A stretch of DNA of 64,000 nucleotides from Calditrichia bacterium (GTDB taxonomy: Bacteria > Calditrichota > Calditrichia > RBG-13-44-9 > J075), in NCBI GenBank assembly GCA_050633245.1, contig JBOEGD010000011.1, forward strand, positions 1-64,000. Direction: 5' to 3'. The notes beneath the pieces were generated by a model. That model saw nothing but the letters and a program-made list of their open reading frames with translations. It was not told the origin of the DNA and ran no database searches. Numbering within the stretch: the stretch's first letter is position 1; each line of letters begins with the position of its first letter. Shown here one piece after another: positions 9,769 to 18,269 of the stretch. Position numbers and translations under genes: made by a program.

Positions 9769-10254
9769 ATCGATTTTACTTCTTGTGATACCCGCAGTCG
9801 TTTACGAATAACCTGCGAGATTGCATCGATTAACATATTAAGCAGCGCTGTTACCAGAATAAGTAGCAGCGCTTTATCCATCCGATTGTTCGCTTTGGCA
9901 CTATCGATAAAAAAACCCCAACGTATACATGTCGAGTATTCCCAGAATGGCTGATTCACGCACCCTTATTTCCCAACGATAAAATAGAAATGCCAAAAAT
10001 TGGCTCTGCACTCGCGGTCGCGGTAAGACTTCGTACGTTATTGTTGTTGAAAGCTGCTACGGAGGCAATGTAGAACTTCATGGGAACATATTTAACGTCG
10101 ATGCCGACCGTTTTGCTAAGATATATGGCTATTTTGTTAATCGTTTTTGTATTCGATCTGTGTCCTGATCGGGAAGTGCCGTAAAGTGTAAGGTCTGAGC
10201 AAATACAAGGCTTCCGAAGGTCATAATGAGTAGAAAAATACGGAAAGAATACAA
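9765..10254 (-). pseudogene. phnD/phnE: Collapsed phosphonate/phosphite-type ABC transporter remnant: 5' end of a PhnD-like binding protein fused to 3' end of a PhnE-like permease, both frameshifted
   Basis: From TTG 10254: signal peptide, then 'AQTLHFTALPDQDTDRIQKR', a frameshift ~10140 and 'NKIAIYLSKTVGIDVKYVPMKFYIASVAAF'. After a junction ~10036 comes 'YEVLPRPRVQSQFLAFLFYRWEIRVRESAILGIL..TLGFF', an extra base in the A7 run 9909-9915 and 'IDSA..DKALLLILVTALLNMLIDAISQVIRKRL'. Confidence 0.82.
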
Positions 10255-10346
10255 GGGGAGCTCCGAAATCAAATTAACGTTAAAAAATAGAAGATCAGGG
10301 TAGGCCGGATTTGGGAAACATTGTGGAGTGAAGGATGGAAAAACAA

Positions 10347-10374
10347 TGCTAGCTGTGCATAAGCACAGCTAGCA
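10347..10374 (-). terminator. Rho-independent terminator after the PorV-OmpA gene
   Basis: TGCTAGCTGTGC-ATAA-GCACAGCTAGCA perfect 12-bp stem, followed on the minus strand by TTGTTTTT. Confidence 0.8.
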
Positions 10375-10383
10375 AAAAGGGTG

Positions 10384-13359
10384 TTAGTTGCGGTTTCGCT
10401 TAATGATAAAAACGGTGTCTGTGTCTCTGTTATTACCGGAAACACCATCGTGCTCTGCCGATACGCTGGTTGAATTGCTCAGCGGGAACAGATTACGTGG
10501 TATGTCTCCTGACGCGGAGAGCGCATAGCGTATTCTGATTTTCTCTCCCGGCGCGAGTTTGGCAATTCTCCAAACTATTTTATCGCCCTGAACTTCAGCG
10601 GGAAGGGGAGCGTTTGCACGATCTTCTTCAAACTTTGTAAATTCGTTCAGATGCTCTGTAACGATAATATCTTCAGCCGGATCCGGGCCTCGGTTTGTTA
10701 TAAAAATCTCATAAAAAATCTTCGTGCCCTCAACAGCCGCAACAACCATCGAACTATCTGCAATGCCGCGGTTCGTGGTGTCTGTATCCTCTTCCTTCAG
10801 GAAGAAAAGTTCAACGCGACGATTTGCATCATGTACTTCGCGGCGCCGGGATCTGGGAACATCATTTGCATTCTCTAATAGAAATTCAAGGCCATAGCCA
10901 TGCGCAAATATACGTTCCGGCTCCACATTAAACTGTTCAATAAAGTAATTGCGCACGCTCTTAACGCGTCTGTCGGATAAATCCTTGTTGTAGGAAGCTC
11001 TGCCACGCTGGTCGGTATGACCGCCGAGTTTAATAAACACTCCAGCTAGTTCCGGCTCGACGAGAGCTGCGCCGAGCACGTTCAGTTCCTTGCGCGCTCC
11101 GGGTGTTAGTTCGGCTTTGTTAAGCTCGAAAGTGACACGTGGTCTAAGCGGCTGGACTGCTGCATTGCTCGCCAGCATCACATCGTATTTGTAAACCGGC
11201 AGAGTATCGACCACACAGTTATCAAACGGGTTAACATCACAGTTAACTGAAGTGATTCGAGCATTGCTTAGCACGGAATTAAACGTTTCGCTTTCGGCAA
11301 CTTTTGCTTTGAAGCTAAACGAACGATTTTGTCCCGGTGCCAGGCTGTCGATAGCCCAGCTAAAGCGCCCACCATTTGCTGAATCTGCTGTTAGAATTTG
11401 CAAGTCTTCCGGCGTATCGAGCTCCAGCACGATATCTTTGGCGGTTACCTCGGCTGTGCCTGCGTTAAGTACCGTTAAATTGTAAACGACCGTATCACCT
11501 GGCTGCACTCCATCCGGAACGGCAGCAATATCGACACTTAGATCGGGGAAGGGAAGTGCGCGCAATACAATGTTGTTTGTTTCGCTTTTCTCTTCTATCA
11601 CAGAGTCTGGATCAGCAATTGCAATAAATGAGGTAATATCTGTTGAAGTGCGCTGCCACGGAACACTTAGCGTTACGCGTTCTTCCGGCTTTAGATCAGA
11701 GATGATTAAAGGGTTAGCGATCAAGCGAAGACTGTCCGGTTGAATTTTAATCGTTGGTGTTGTTGCAGCCAGAATTTCCGGTGCATCTGCAATGTCTTCG
11801 TAAACACTTACAACGATGTTCTCAGCCTTTGTATTGCCAATATTACTGACCAACACTCGAATCTCGCCGCTACAGGGATCGCCTTCCCGGCAATTTTCGG
11901 TAATGACCGGATCGAACTCAATGTAGTGAATCTTGATGTCTGGTAGCGTAATGCGATAGTGTCCGATATTGTCCGCAGGACGAACGTGATTGTCTCGATC
12001 ATGCGCGAGAACAGTCCAGTAATAATCACCGGCTTTGTGTGCCGGAGCAGGATTGAGGGCATGCATGGGTTTTTTCGACAGTGTTTTTGACGCCAATTGA
12101 GTCACCAGCTGCACCGGCGCGTCTTCGGCGCTTTCGTCCTCGAGCCAATCGAATAATACCTGGTTATCGTCATCAATTTCATTGACCAGCTTTGCGAGCG
12201 CAAGGCTGTCATCTTTTGCCATCAGCATAACATATGTGACATCGTCAAACAAATCGGGATCGCGTGCCTTATCCCAACCGAGTTCAATGGTGTCGCTGGG
12301 GGAGAAGGTTTGCATCTCACTGAAGTCCAAATCAAAGTGTTCCGGCCCAGCAGGGAAATGGCTTAGTCCACCACGAATGGGAGGATCAAAAAACTCATTG
12401 CCTTCAAGGTAGGCAAAATCCAGCTTCAATGCATTTTTGCGTCCGGGCAGTGGTTGGGTATCGCCCCAGCGATAGCTAACACCAAGAGCAAATTTGCTAA
12501 GTAAATTGTCGTTGAAGTTGTAGCCGCCACGAATTCCGATGTTGTTACTCCACCCAACTTCGGCGCCGAGACTAAAGGCATTTACTTCATCGCGAATATT
12601 CCGATAGTCGGCTGATAGTTGCACCTGTAGCCCATCGTGCGCACCAAGATTCAGCGCGACACCAGTGCGAACCGTTCGCGGTAATGGCGTCTCTACGCCT
12701 ATAAACTCCATTGGTTGTCCAAGCTGATTAATAGCAAGTCCTGCGGAGAAGATTGCGTATTCCATGTTCAGTAGATTGATACCCATGCGGTTACTTTGAT
12801 AAAGCAGACCAAGGTCGGCAATAACGCTTGATGAGGTTAGCCCATCCAAGTCGCTGCGAAAGTACTTTACCGTGGCACCTAAAGAGAGATTGTCGGAAAT
12901 AACTGGTGTTCCGAGGCTAAGGTTAAACAATGCATCATTTGCCGACGCCTGGATGGCGTTTGGGTTCGCGGTGCTGTTAAAATCTCGCACGCCCTGATAA
13001 TGGACGCCAAATGCAAAGCGCATCTGATCGCTGAGCGGTGTTCTCAGTCGACTCCCGACTGTCCATGACAAACTGTAGGTATCGGCTATCCATTCAGTGT
13101 AGTTTGTAGACCATTGCCATTCGCGAATAAAACCGGTTGCCCCGGGGTTCGCATAAACCGCATGCATTTCATCGAGAACACCGGTATAGTTACCACCGAG
13201 TCCCTGATTGCGTACGCCGGGAAGAATCTTTAGAAAAGCTACACCGGCACGAGTTTGAGCAAAGCTCATTTCCGGCAGGAATATAAGCAACACTAATATC
13301 AGAGACAGCAGTCGCTTGCCGGGAAAAAAATGACTATGAACGTTATCAGAAGTCTTCAT
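10384..13359 (-). CDS. PorV/PorQ-family beta-barrel fused to FN3-like, CARDB, DUF11 and OmpA-like peptidoglycan-binding domains
   Basis: Likely start ATG 13359, 2 nt after the upstream stop. N-terminus 'AFLKILPGVRNQGLGG..AVYANPGATG' is the PorV/UPF0164 signature. Also CARDB 'ADPDSVIEEKSETNN', DUF11 'PGDTVVYNLTVLNAG' and OmpA 'GHTDQRG..YNKDLSDRR..NRRVE'. Confidence 0.8.
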   Translation of the reverse strand: MKTSDNVHSHFFPGKRLLSLILVLLIFLPEMSFAQTRAGVAFLKILPGVRNQGLGGNYTGVLDEMHAVYANPGATGFIREWQWSTNYTEWIADTYSLSWTVGSRLRTPLSDQMRFAFGVHYQGVRDFNSTANPNAIQASANDALFNLSLGTPVISDNLSLGATVKYFRSDLDGLTSSSVIADLGLLYQSNRMGINLLNMEYAIFSAGLAINQLGQPMEFIGVETPLPRTVRTGVALNLGAHDGLQVQLSADYRNIRDEVNAFSLGAEVGWSNNIGIRGGYNFNDNLLSKFALGVSYRWGDTQPLPGRKNALKLDFAYLEGNEFFDPPIRGGLSHFPAGPEHFDLDFSEMQTFSPSDTIELGWDKARDPDLFDDVTYVMLMAKDDSLALAKLVNEIDDDNQVLFDWLEDESAEDAPVQLVTQLASKTLSKKPMHALNPAPAHKAGDYYWTVLAHDRDNHVRPADNIGHYRITLPDIKIHYIEFDPVITENCREGDPCSGEIRVLVSNIGNTKAENIVVSVYEDIADAPEILAATTPTIKIQPDSLRLIANPLIISDLKPEERVTLSVPWQRTSTDITSFIAIADPDSVIEEKSETNNIVLRALPFPDLSVDIAAVPDGVQPGDTVVYNLTVLNAGTAEVTAKDIVLELDTPEDLQILTADSANGGRFSWAIDSLAPGQNRSFSFKAKVAESETFNSVLSNARITSVNCDVNPFDNCVVDTLPVYKYDVMLASNAAVQPLRPRVTFELNKAELTPGARKELNVLGAALVEPELAGVFIKLGGHTDQRGRASYNKDLSDRRVKSVRNYFIEQFNVEPERIFAHGYGLEFLLENANDVPRSRRREVHDANRRVELFFLKEEDTDTTNRGIADSSMVVAAVEGTKIFYEIFITNRGPDPAEDIIVTEHLNEFTKFEEDRANAPLPAEVQGDKIVWRIAKLAPGEKIRIRYALSASGDIPRNLFPLSNSTSVSAEHDGVSGNNRDTDTVFIIKRNRN

Positions 13360-13361
13360 GT

Positions 13362-15884
13362 TTATCGTCTTATAATTACTTTTCTCCAACATATCAACCT
13401 CCCTTCTATAGAGCGCAGGGTAACGACGTATGTGCCGCTGCCTACAGGTTGACCATCTAATGTTCTACCATTCCACTCGCGTCGATTAACGCCGATGTCG
13501 AACGTCTCGTCATACAAATTCGTTACGCGATATCCACTGATGTCCAGCAGATCGAGCTTTACATTGCGGCTGGTTTCTAACTCAAAGTTTATTCCGAGCA
13601 CCTGATCTTGCGCCGGATCAAATACATTCAGGTCGAGAGTAAAGAAATCGCAGGCTTCGAGCGGTTGCGGCACAAATGTAAAGACGCTGTCAATCGCCGT
13701 GTTATTTGAAAGCTGCGCAGGATCCTCATTACTTGCACTCGCTACGACCCGGTTTATATGCGTAGTAATCCCCGGCGGTAACACTGAGGTTACGATAACC
13801 TCAAACGGTAAGTTAACTTCCTCAAGAGGAGCAAGGTCGCCAAGATTCCAGCGAATAGAATCGCCGGTAAGTACGCCATTGGCAGGAAGAATAAATCCCG
13901 GATCGATAGATACACGCTGAGGGATTTCATCGGTGACGACAACATTCTCCGCAGTTACGTCGGACACGTTGCGGATGCGAATGGAATAAGAATAGACTTC
14001 ATCACGTCGAGCAAACCAGATGCTGTCAGAGCCGCTGGTTACCAGTGAATCGGTTTGCAGGGTAGTTTTTATTGCAATGTCCGAGAGATTGCCACCCGTG
14101 CTGCCGTCACGAACAACGAGCACGGTTGATTGAGAGCTGTTATTGCCGTTACTTCCCGCGGTTTCATTTGCGGCACTGCCTCTTGCAGAGTTTACCAGAG
14201 GGTAATTATTGAACGGAACAGTCGGCGTTACCGTAACCTCAAATGCCAGGGTCGTATCACTCAAGGCTGAAAGAGTTCCGAGATCCCAACGTAGCGTATC
14301 ACTTCCGTTAAACCCTGCTCCGCTGATCGAGTCAGGCAGAATATCTTCCAGAAGCACGTCAAGTGCATCAAACTGTCCAATGTTCCGAATAGTTAGAAAA
14401 TAGTCGTAGGTCTCAGATTCAAGCGCATACCAAGTTGTGTCTCCGGCATCTACCAGGAAAGAATCAGTGCGAACACGTTGAAATACGGCAATGTCTGTAG
14501 AATCTCCAGTTCCCACCCCGCCGTTTCGCAATGCCAGGACGGTCGTTGCCGAACTATTATCTGCAAGACTGTCTGCAGGTTCGTTTGATGACTCGGCGGT
14601 TACCATGTTCACGAGAGGGAAATTGTTGAAGGGAACTGAGTTCACAACAGTCGCCTGAAAAGTCAGTGTCGTATCGGATAAGCCGGGAAGATCTCCAAGA
14701 TTCCACACCAGCGTATCTCCGCTGCCAAAACCTGTCCCGCTTACTGAATCAGGTACGGCGTCGCGAACAACAACGTCGGTTGCCGTGGAAGTACTGCTAT
14801 TGCTGACTCGAATAGCATAGAGATAGGTCTCTGCTTCATCGGCATACCATGTTGTATCTCCTAATACATCTACAGCAAAAGAATCTGTCAGAACTGTCTG
14901 AGAAACTGTCAGATTGGGTAAATCTATCGGTGGTGGTGGAACAATAACGAGTTCTTTTATGGAAATATTGTTGTTAAGCAGCGTGTCGCAAATTGCCACA
15001 ATTCTGGCAGAACTAGCTATTGAATTTATTCCCCCTGCAAGCGGGCTGTCAATTTCGGCAGTATATGTCAGCGATATTGTGCGTCCCGGAGAAAGCGAAT
15101 CATAGTTCCAGTATGCCAACTCACCGACAATTGAATCCGGAGGTTGGCTGTAGTTCGTCGCAGTAATGAGCGTGGGCAGTGAGTCTACAATCGTCAACGT
15201 AAACGCCTTGCTTACGCCGGTATTCGTCACATCGATTGAGTATTGGAAAATTTGGCCGGCGCTTGCGGTATCGACCGATGCCGATTTTGTCGCGTCCATA
15301 TCATAATATCTGGGTGGCCCGCGATAAATGTAACTGGCCAGTGCCGATCCATCGCGAATGCCGTCATTAACCTGAATGTCAATAACTCTCGTCGAGTCGC
15401 CATTTACCGTTTCGTCACCACATGGGGCAGGGGAGAGGTAAGCAATTAGGTAAAACTTTCTAATGACCGGTCCGCTACTATCGGCAACTTCAGTAAACAT
15501 CGGTGACGGGCGTTGATTGTAAATGTTGGAATTAGTCGGAAAGCCTGGATCGGCCTGAAAGTATTCACGTAGTGAAGGCCAATTATCCACTACGGGTCTT
15601 CCATTTTGTGCAATACCATCCACGGGAATCCATGCGGTGTCGGAAGCAAGGCCGGGCACGTGATTACTGCCGGTATCCTGCACAGAGACAAACATAAAAA
15701 TGGGATAGGGGAAGTTAGCCTGAACGTTCAAGACAGTATCTGCTTCAAGAGAGATATTCTCTATTACAACTGTTAAACTGTCTTGCTGTGCATTGACTGG
15801 CAAGAGGAATAAACTGGCAAAAATAGTAACCAGTAGACCCATCCTGTTACAATGCAGACGAAAACAAAGGAAAGAGTCTCGCAT
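13362..15884 (-). CDS. Exported DUF11 (Ig-like) repeat protein with a divergent FlgD/T9SS-like C-terminal domain
   Basis: Signal peptide; four repeats 'Y.I.V.N....A..V.V.D..P...W.LG.L...L.F.V.V...N.A......NN'; C-terminus 'LDISGYRV..L...WNGRTLDGQPVGSGTYVV...KVIIRR'. Confidence 0.8.
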   Translation of the reverse strand: MRDSFLCFRLHCNRMGLLVTIFASLFLLPVNAQQDSLTVVIENISLEADTVLNVQANFPYPIFMFVSVQDTGSNHVPGLASDTAWIPVDGIAQNGRPVVDNWPSLREYFQADPGFPTNSNIYNQRPSPMFTEVADSSGPVIRKFYLIAYLSPAPCGDETVNGDSTRVIDIQVNDGIRDGSALASYIYRGPPRYYDMDATKSASVDTASAGQIFQYSIDVTNTGVSKAFTLTIVDSLPTLITATNYSQPPDSIVGELAYWNYDSLSPGRTISLTYTAEIDSPLAGGINSIASSARIVAICDTLLNNNISIKELVIVPPPPIDLPNLTVSQTVLTDSFAVDVLGDTTWYADEAETYLYAIRVSNSSTSTATDVVVRDAVPDSVSGTGFGSGDTLVWNLGDLPGLSDTTLTFQATVVNSVPFNNFPLVNMVTAESSNEPADSLADNSSATTVLALRNGGVGTGDSTDIAVFQRVRTDSFLVDAGDTTWYALESETYDYFLTIRNIGQFDALDVLLEDILPDSISGAGFNGSDTLRWDLGTLSALSDTTLAFEVTVTPTVPFNNYPLVNSARGSAANETAGSNGNNSSQSTVLVVRDGSTGGNLSDIAIKTTLQTDSLVTSGSDSIWFARRDEVYSYSIRIRNVSDVTAENVVVTDEIPQRVSIDPGFILPANGVLTGDSIRWNLGDLAPLEEVNLPFEVIVTSVLPPGITTHINRVVASASNEDPAQLSNNTAIDSVFTFVPQPLEACDFFTLDLNVFDPAQDQVLGINFELETSRNVKLDLLDISGYRVTNLYDETFDIGVNRREWNGRTLDGQPVGSGTYVVTLRSIEGRLICWRKVIIRR

Positions 15885-15893
15885 ATCGGATCG

Positions 15894-15988
15894 TGCTTTA
15901 TCCCGTCAAAAGCAGAGTCTGCTTTCTACCGTATCAGCAATAATGTCTATGATCCAGTAGTATCCAACTACTTGTTGAGGATAAAGCA
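15894..15988 (-). promoter_or_regulatory. Candidate structured 5' leader RNA (multibranch) of the DUF11/PorV operon
   Basis: Closing 10-bp stem TGCTTTATCC (15894-15903) / GGATAAAGCA (15979-15988), extended by TCAA/TTGA. It encloses hairpins AAGCAG/CTGCTT and AGTAGT/ACTACT and ends 9 nt before ATG 15884. Confidence 0.35.
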
Positions 15989-16122
15989 ATGCTCCATAAG
16001 TTGTTACACTGCTTATTTGCTGAGAAGATACGTATAAAATGCGACACATGAAAACAGGTGAAAATTTTATTTTGGAGTTGTTCAAGCCACCGGTTGGTGG
16101 TGCTGCCGCATTAGTTTCATGG

Positions 16123-17112
16123 CTATTTCTCACCCGGATAAACAAGGCCCCATTGGTTGCGCAGACTGTCCATGGCCTCCATCATTGCTACGGATTCATA
16201 CAGCGGCATTAGCGGGCTCTCCAACTTTCCGGCTCTCAGGCAATTCATAACCTCAATCGCTTCATATTCATAGCCTGTTCCGCTACAGGGTAGGTGGAAG
16301 GTTTCTACTTTTCCTGTTGCAAGCGTTATTGTAAGCGACTCCGGCTTGTAGAGCGGGGCATGGATGTGAATTTTACCTTTTGTGCCGTCAATTACCGCAC
16401 CACCCGTGGTTTCATTGTTAAGTGCACAATAGAAGCTGCCAAGGGAGCCATCAGGGAAACGCATATGCGCACCAGACTGATAGTCGGCACCTGTTGCACC
16501 AAGCTGTGCATAACCGGAAATCGCTTCAGGTATTCCCATAACGTTGAAAATAAGTGCAAGCGGGTAAATGCCCAAATCAAGTAATGCGCCACCTCCCAGC
16601 TCGAGTTCAAATAGTCTTCCACGTGGGTCGGCAGAGCGATCGAAGGCTAGTTCGCCGTGCATACGTAGCAGCCTGCCGATAGTCTCATCCTTTAAGATCT
16701 CACGCAGTTTAGCTGTCAGCGGCATGTAGCGATTCCACATGGCCTCCATCAAAAACAGACGCTCCGACCTGGCGGTCTCGACAAGTTCCCTGGCTTCAGT
16801 GGCATTAATGGTAAAAGCCTTTTCGCATAGCACATGTTTCCCCGCCTTCAGACACATCATAACGTCGCGGTGATGGAATATGTGGGGCGTTGCGATGTAG
16901 ATAACATCAATGTCATTTGCTTCTGCTAACTCCTGATAACTGCCATATGCCTTTGCAATATTATGTTCCTTAGCGAAGCTCTCTGCAGAACTCAGACTGC
17001 GTGATGCTACCGCAACAAGGTCTGCTTCGCCTACAGCCTTTAAGGTTTTCGCAAACGTTGTTGCAATACTTCCCGTACTGAGAATGCCCCATCGAATTTG
17101 TGAAGAATACAT
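16123..17112 (-). CDS. Gfo/Idh/MocA oxidoreductase, DHDH/D-xylose 1-dehydrogenase-like
   Basis: 'WGILSTGSIA', 'HVLCEK', 'LMEAMW', 'GGGALLDLGIY'; ATG 1 nt after the permease stop. Confidence 0.85.
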   Translation of the reverse strand: MYSSQIRWGILSTGSIATTFAKTLKAVGEADLVAVASRSLSSAESFAKEHNIAKAYGSYQELAEANDIDVIYIATPHIFHHRDVMMCLKAGKHVLCEKAFTINATEARELVETARSERLFLMEAMWNRYMPLTAKLREILKDETIGRLLRMHGELAFDRSADPRGRLFELELGGGALLDLGIYPLALIFNVMGIPEAISGYAQLGATGADYQSGAHMRFPDGSLGSFYCALNNETTGGAVIDGTKGKIHIHAPLYKPESLTITLATGKVETFHLPCSGTGYEYEAIEVMNCLRAGKLESPLMPLYESVAMMEAMDSLRNQWGLVYPGEK

Positions 17113-17113
17113 T

Positions 17114-18247
17114 TTAAGCCGCCTGATTTGCAAGTTTTACATCCATCCAGACCGCCAATACCAACACAGTTCCGCGGGCAACATATTTTAGTTCCGGAGA
17201 GACAGCTAATAAGGTCATGCCGTTCAGTAAGCTCGCCATGATGAGCGCGCCAAACAATACGCCAAGAACTTTTCCGCGTCCACCTTTAAGGCTCGTACCG
17301 CCAATGACACAGGCTGCAATTGCGTCTAGCTCCATCAGGTCGCCAACGGTTGTGGTGGAGGCACCGGAATAGGCCGTTTGCATAAACCCGGTCAGCGCAA
17401 CGATTGCACCCATAATAGCAAACGCGCCTATGACTGTTTTTTGAATCGGTATGCCGGAAAGGACGGCTGCTTCTTCATTACCACCAATGGCATACAAATG
17501 ACGTCCAAAAGGTGTATGCTGCGTAAGCATGTGGATTAAAAAAGCCACCGCGCCAAGAATAACCACAGATAGTGGGACACCTCTAAATTGATTCATGATT
17601 ATCAGGAATAGCAACATCCCCTGAAACGTTATGAAAAGTTTGAGGAAAAGTAGTTCATTGTCGTCCACTTGAAAATTGTGTGCCAGCCTCTGTTTACGAC
17701 TGCGCAAGGCCGAGAGTGTAATGGCCCCGAAAATTAGAGCACCTAGCACAAACCCTGCCTCAATCGGCAAATAATATGTCGTTAAGGAAGAATATAGATT
17801 GGTCGAGTTCCCGGCAGCTACTGGAACAGTGGAATTGTGTATTACTAGCCAAAAGAGGCCTTTAAACACCAGCAGACCACCAAGGGTTATGATAAACGCA
17901 GGGACATGTTGCCTTACAATCAGCGTTCCCATCATAGACCAGATCGCTATGGCAATTAGTACTCCGATTAACAGGGCCAACGGTGCCGGCAGCTGTTGTT
18001 CGAAAACCAGAACACTTGCTATGCCACCAATTAGTCCCACACCACTGCCGACTGATAAGTCGATAAGGCCAGGCAGTAAAACCACCAGCATGCCGAGAGC
18101 AAGCGTCGCCGTAACCGCCAATTCGATAGAAAGCTGTGATAGGTTTCGCGCTCCCAGGAAGGTGTCAGACATCAGGGCAAAGAGTCCCCATATCAGAACG
18201 AGCGCAATCAGTAGTGAAAAATTTCGTATGGAAATACCGTTTTCCAT
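17114..18247 (-). CDS. xylH: Sugar (D-xylose-type) ABC transporter permease
   Basis: 'IDLSVGS', 'VPAFIITLGG', 'GRHLYAIGGNEEAA.LSGI', 'ELDAIAACVIGGTSL.GG.G'. Confidence 0.85.
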   Translation of the reverse strand: MENGISIRNFSLLIALVLIWGLFALMSDTFLGARNLSQLSIELAVTATLALGMLVVLLPGLIDLSVGSGVGLIGGIASVLVFEQQLPAPLALLIGVLIAIAIWSMMGTLIVRQHVPAFIITLGGLLVFKGLFWLVIHNSTVPVAAGNSTNLYSSLTTYYLPIEAGFVLGALIFGAITLSALRSRKQRLAHNFQVDDNELLFLKLFITFQGMLLFLIIMNQFRGVPLSVVILGAVAFLIHMLTQHTPFGRHLYAIGGNEEAAVLSGIPIQKTVIGAFAIMGAIVALTGFMQTAYSGASTTTVGDLMELDAIAACVIGGTSLKGGRGKVLGVLFGALIMASLLNGMTLLAVSPELKYVARGTVLVLAVWMDVKLANQAA

Positions 18248-18269
18248 CGAGCCTCCATCGGAAGAACGT

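Noticed and set aside
15894-15988. SAM-I or other known riboswitch
   Set aside because: The UUAUC/GAUAA ends are reminiscent, but the conserved SAM-I core (AGAG, GCAACC, GUGC) is absent.
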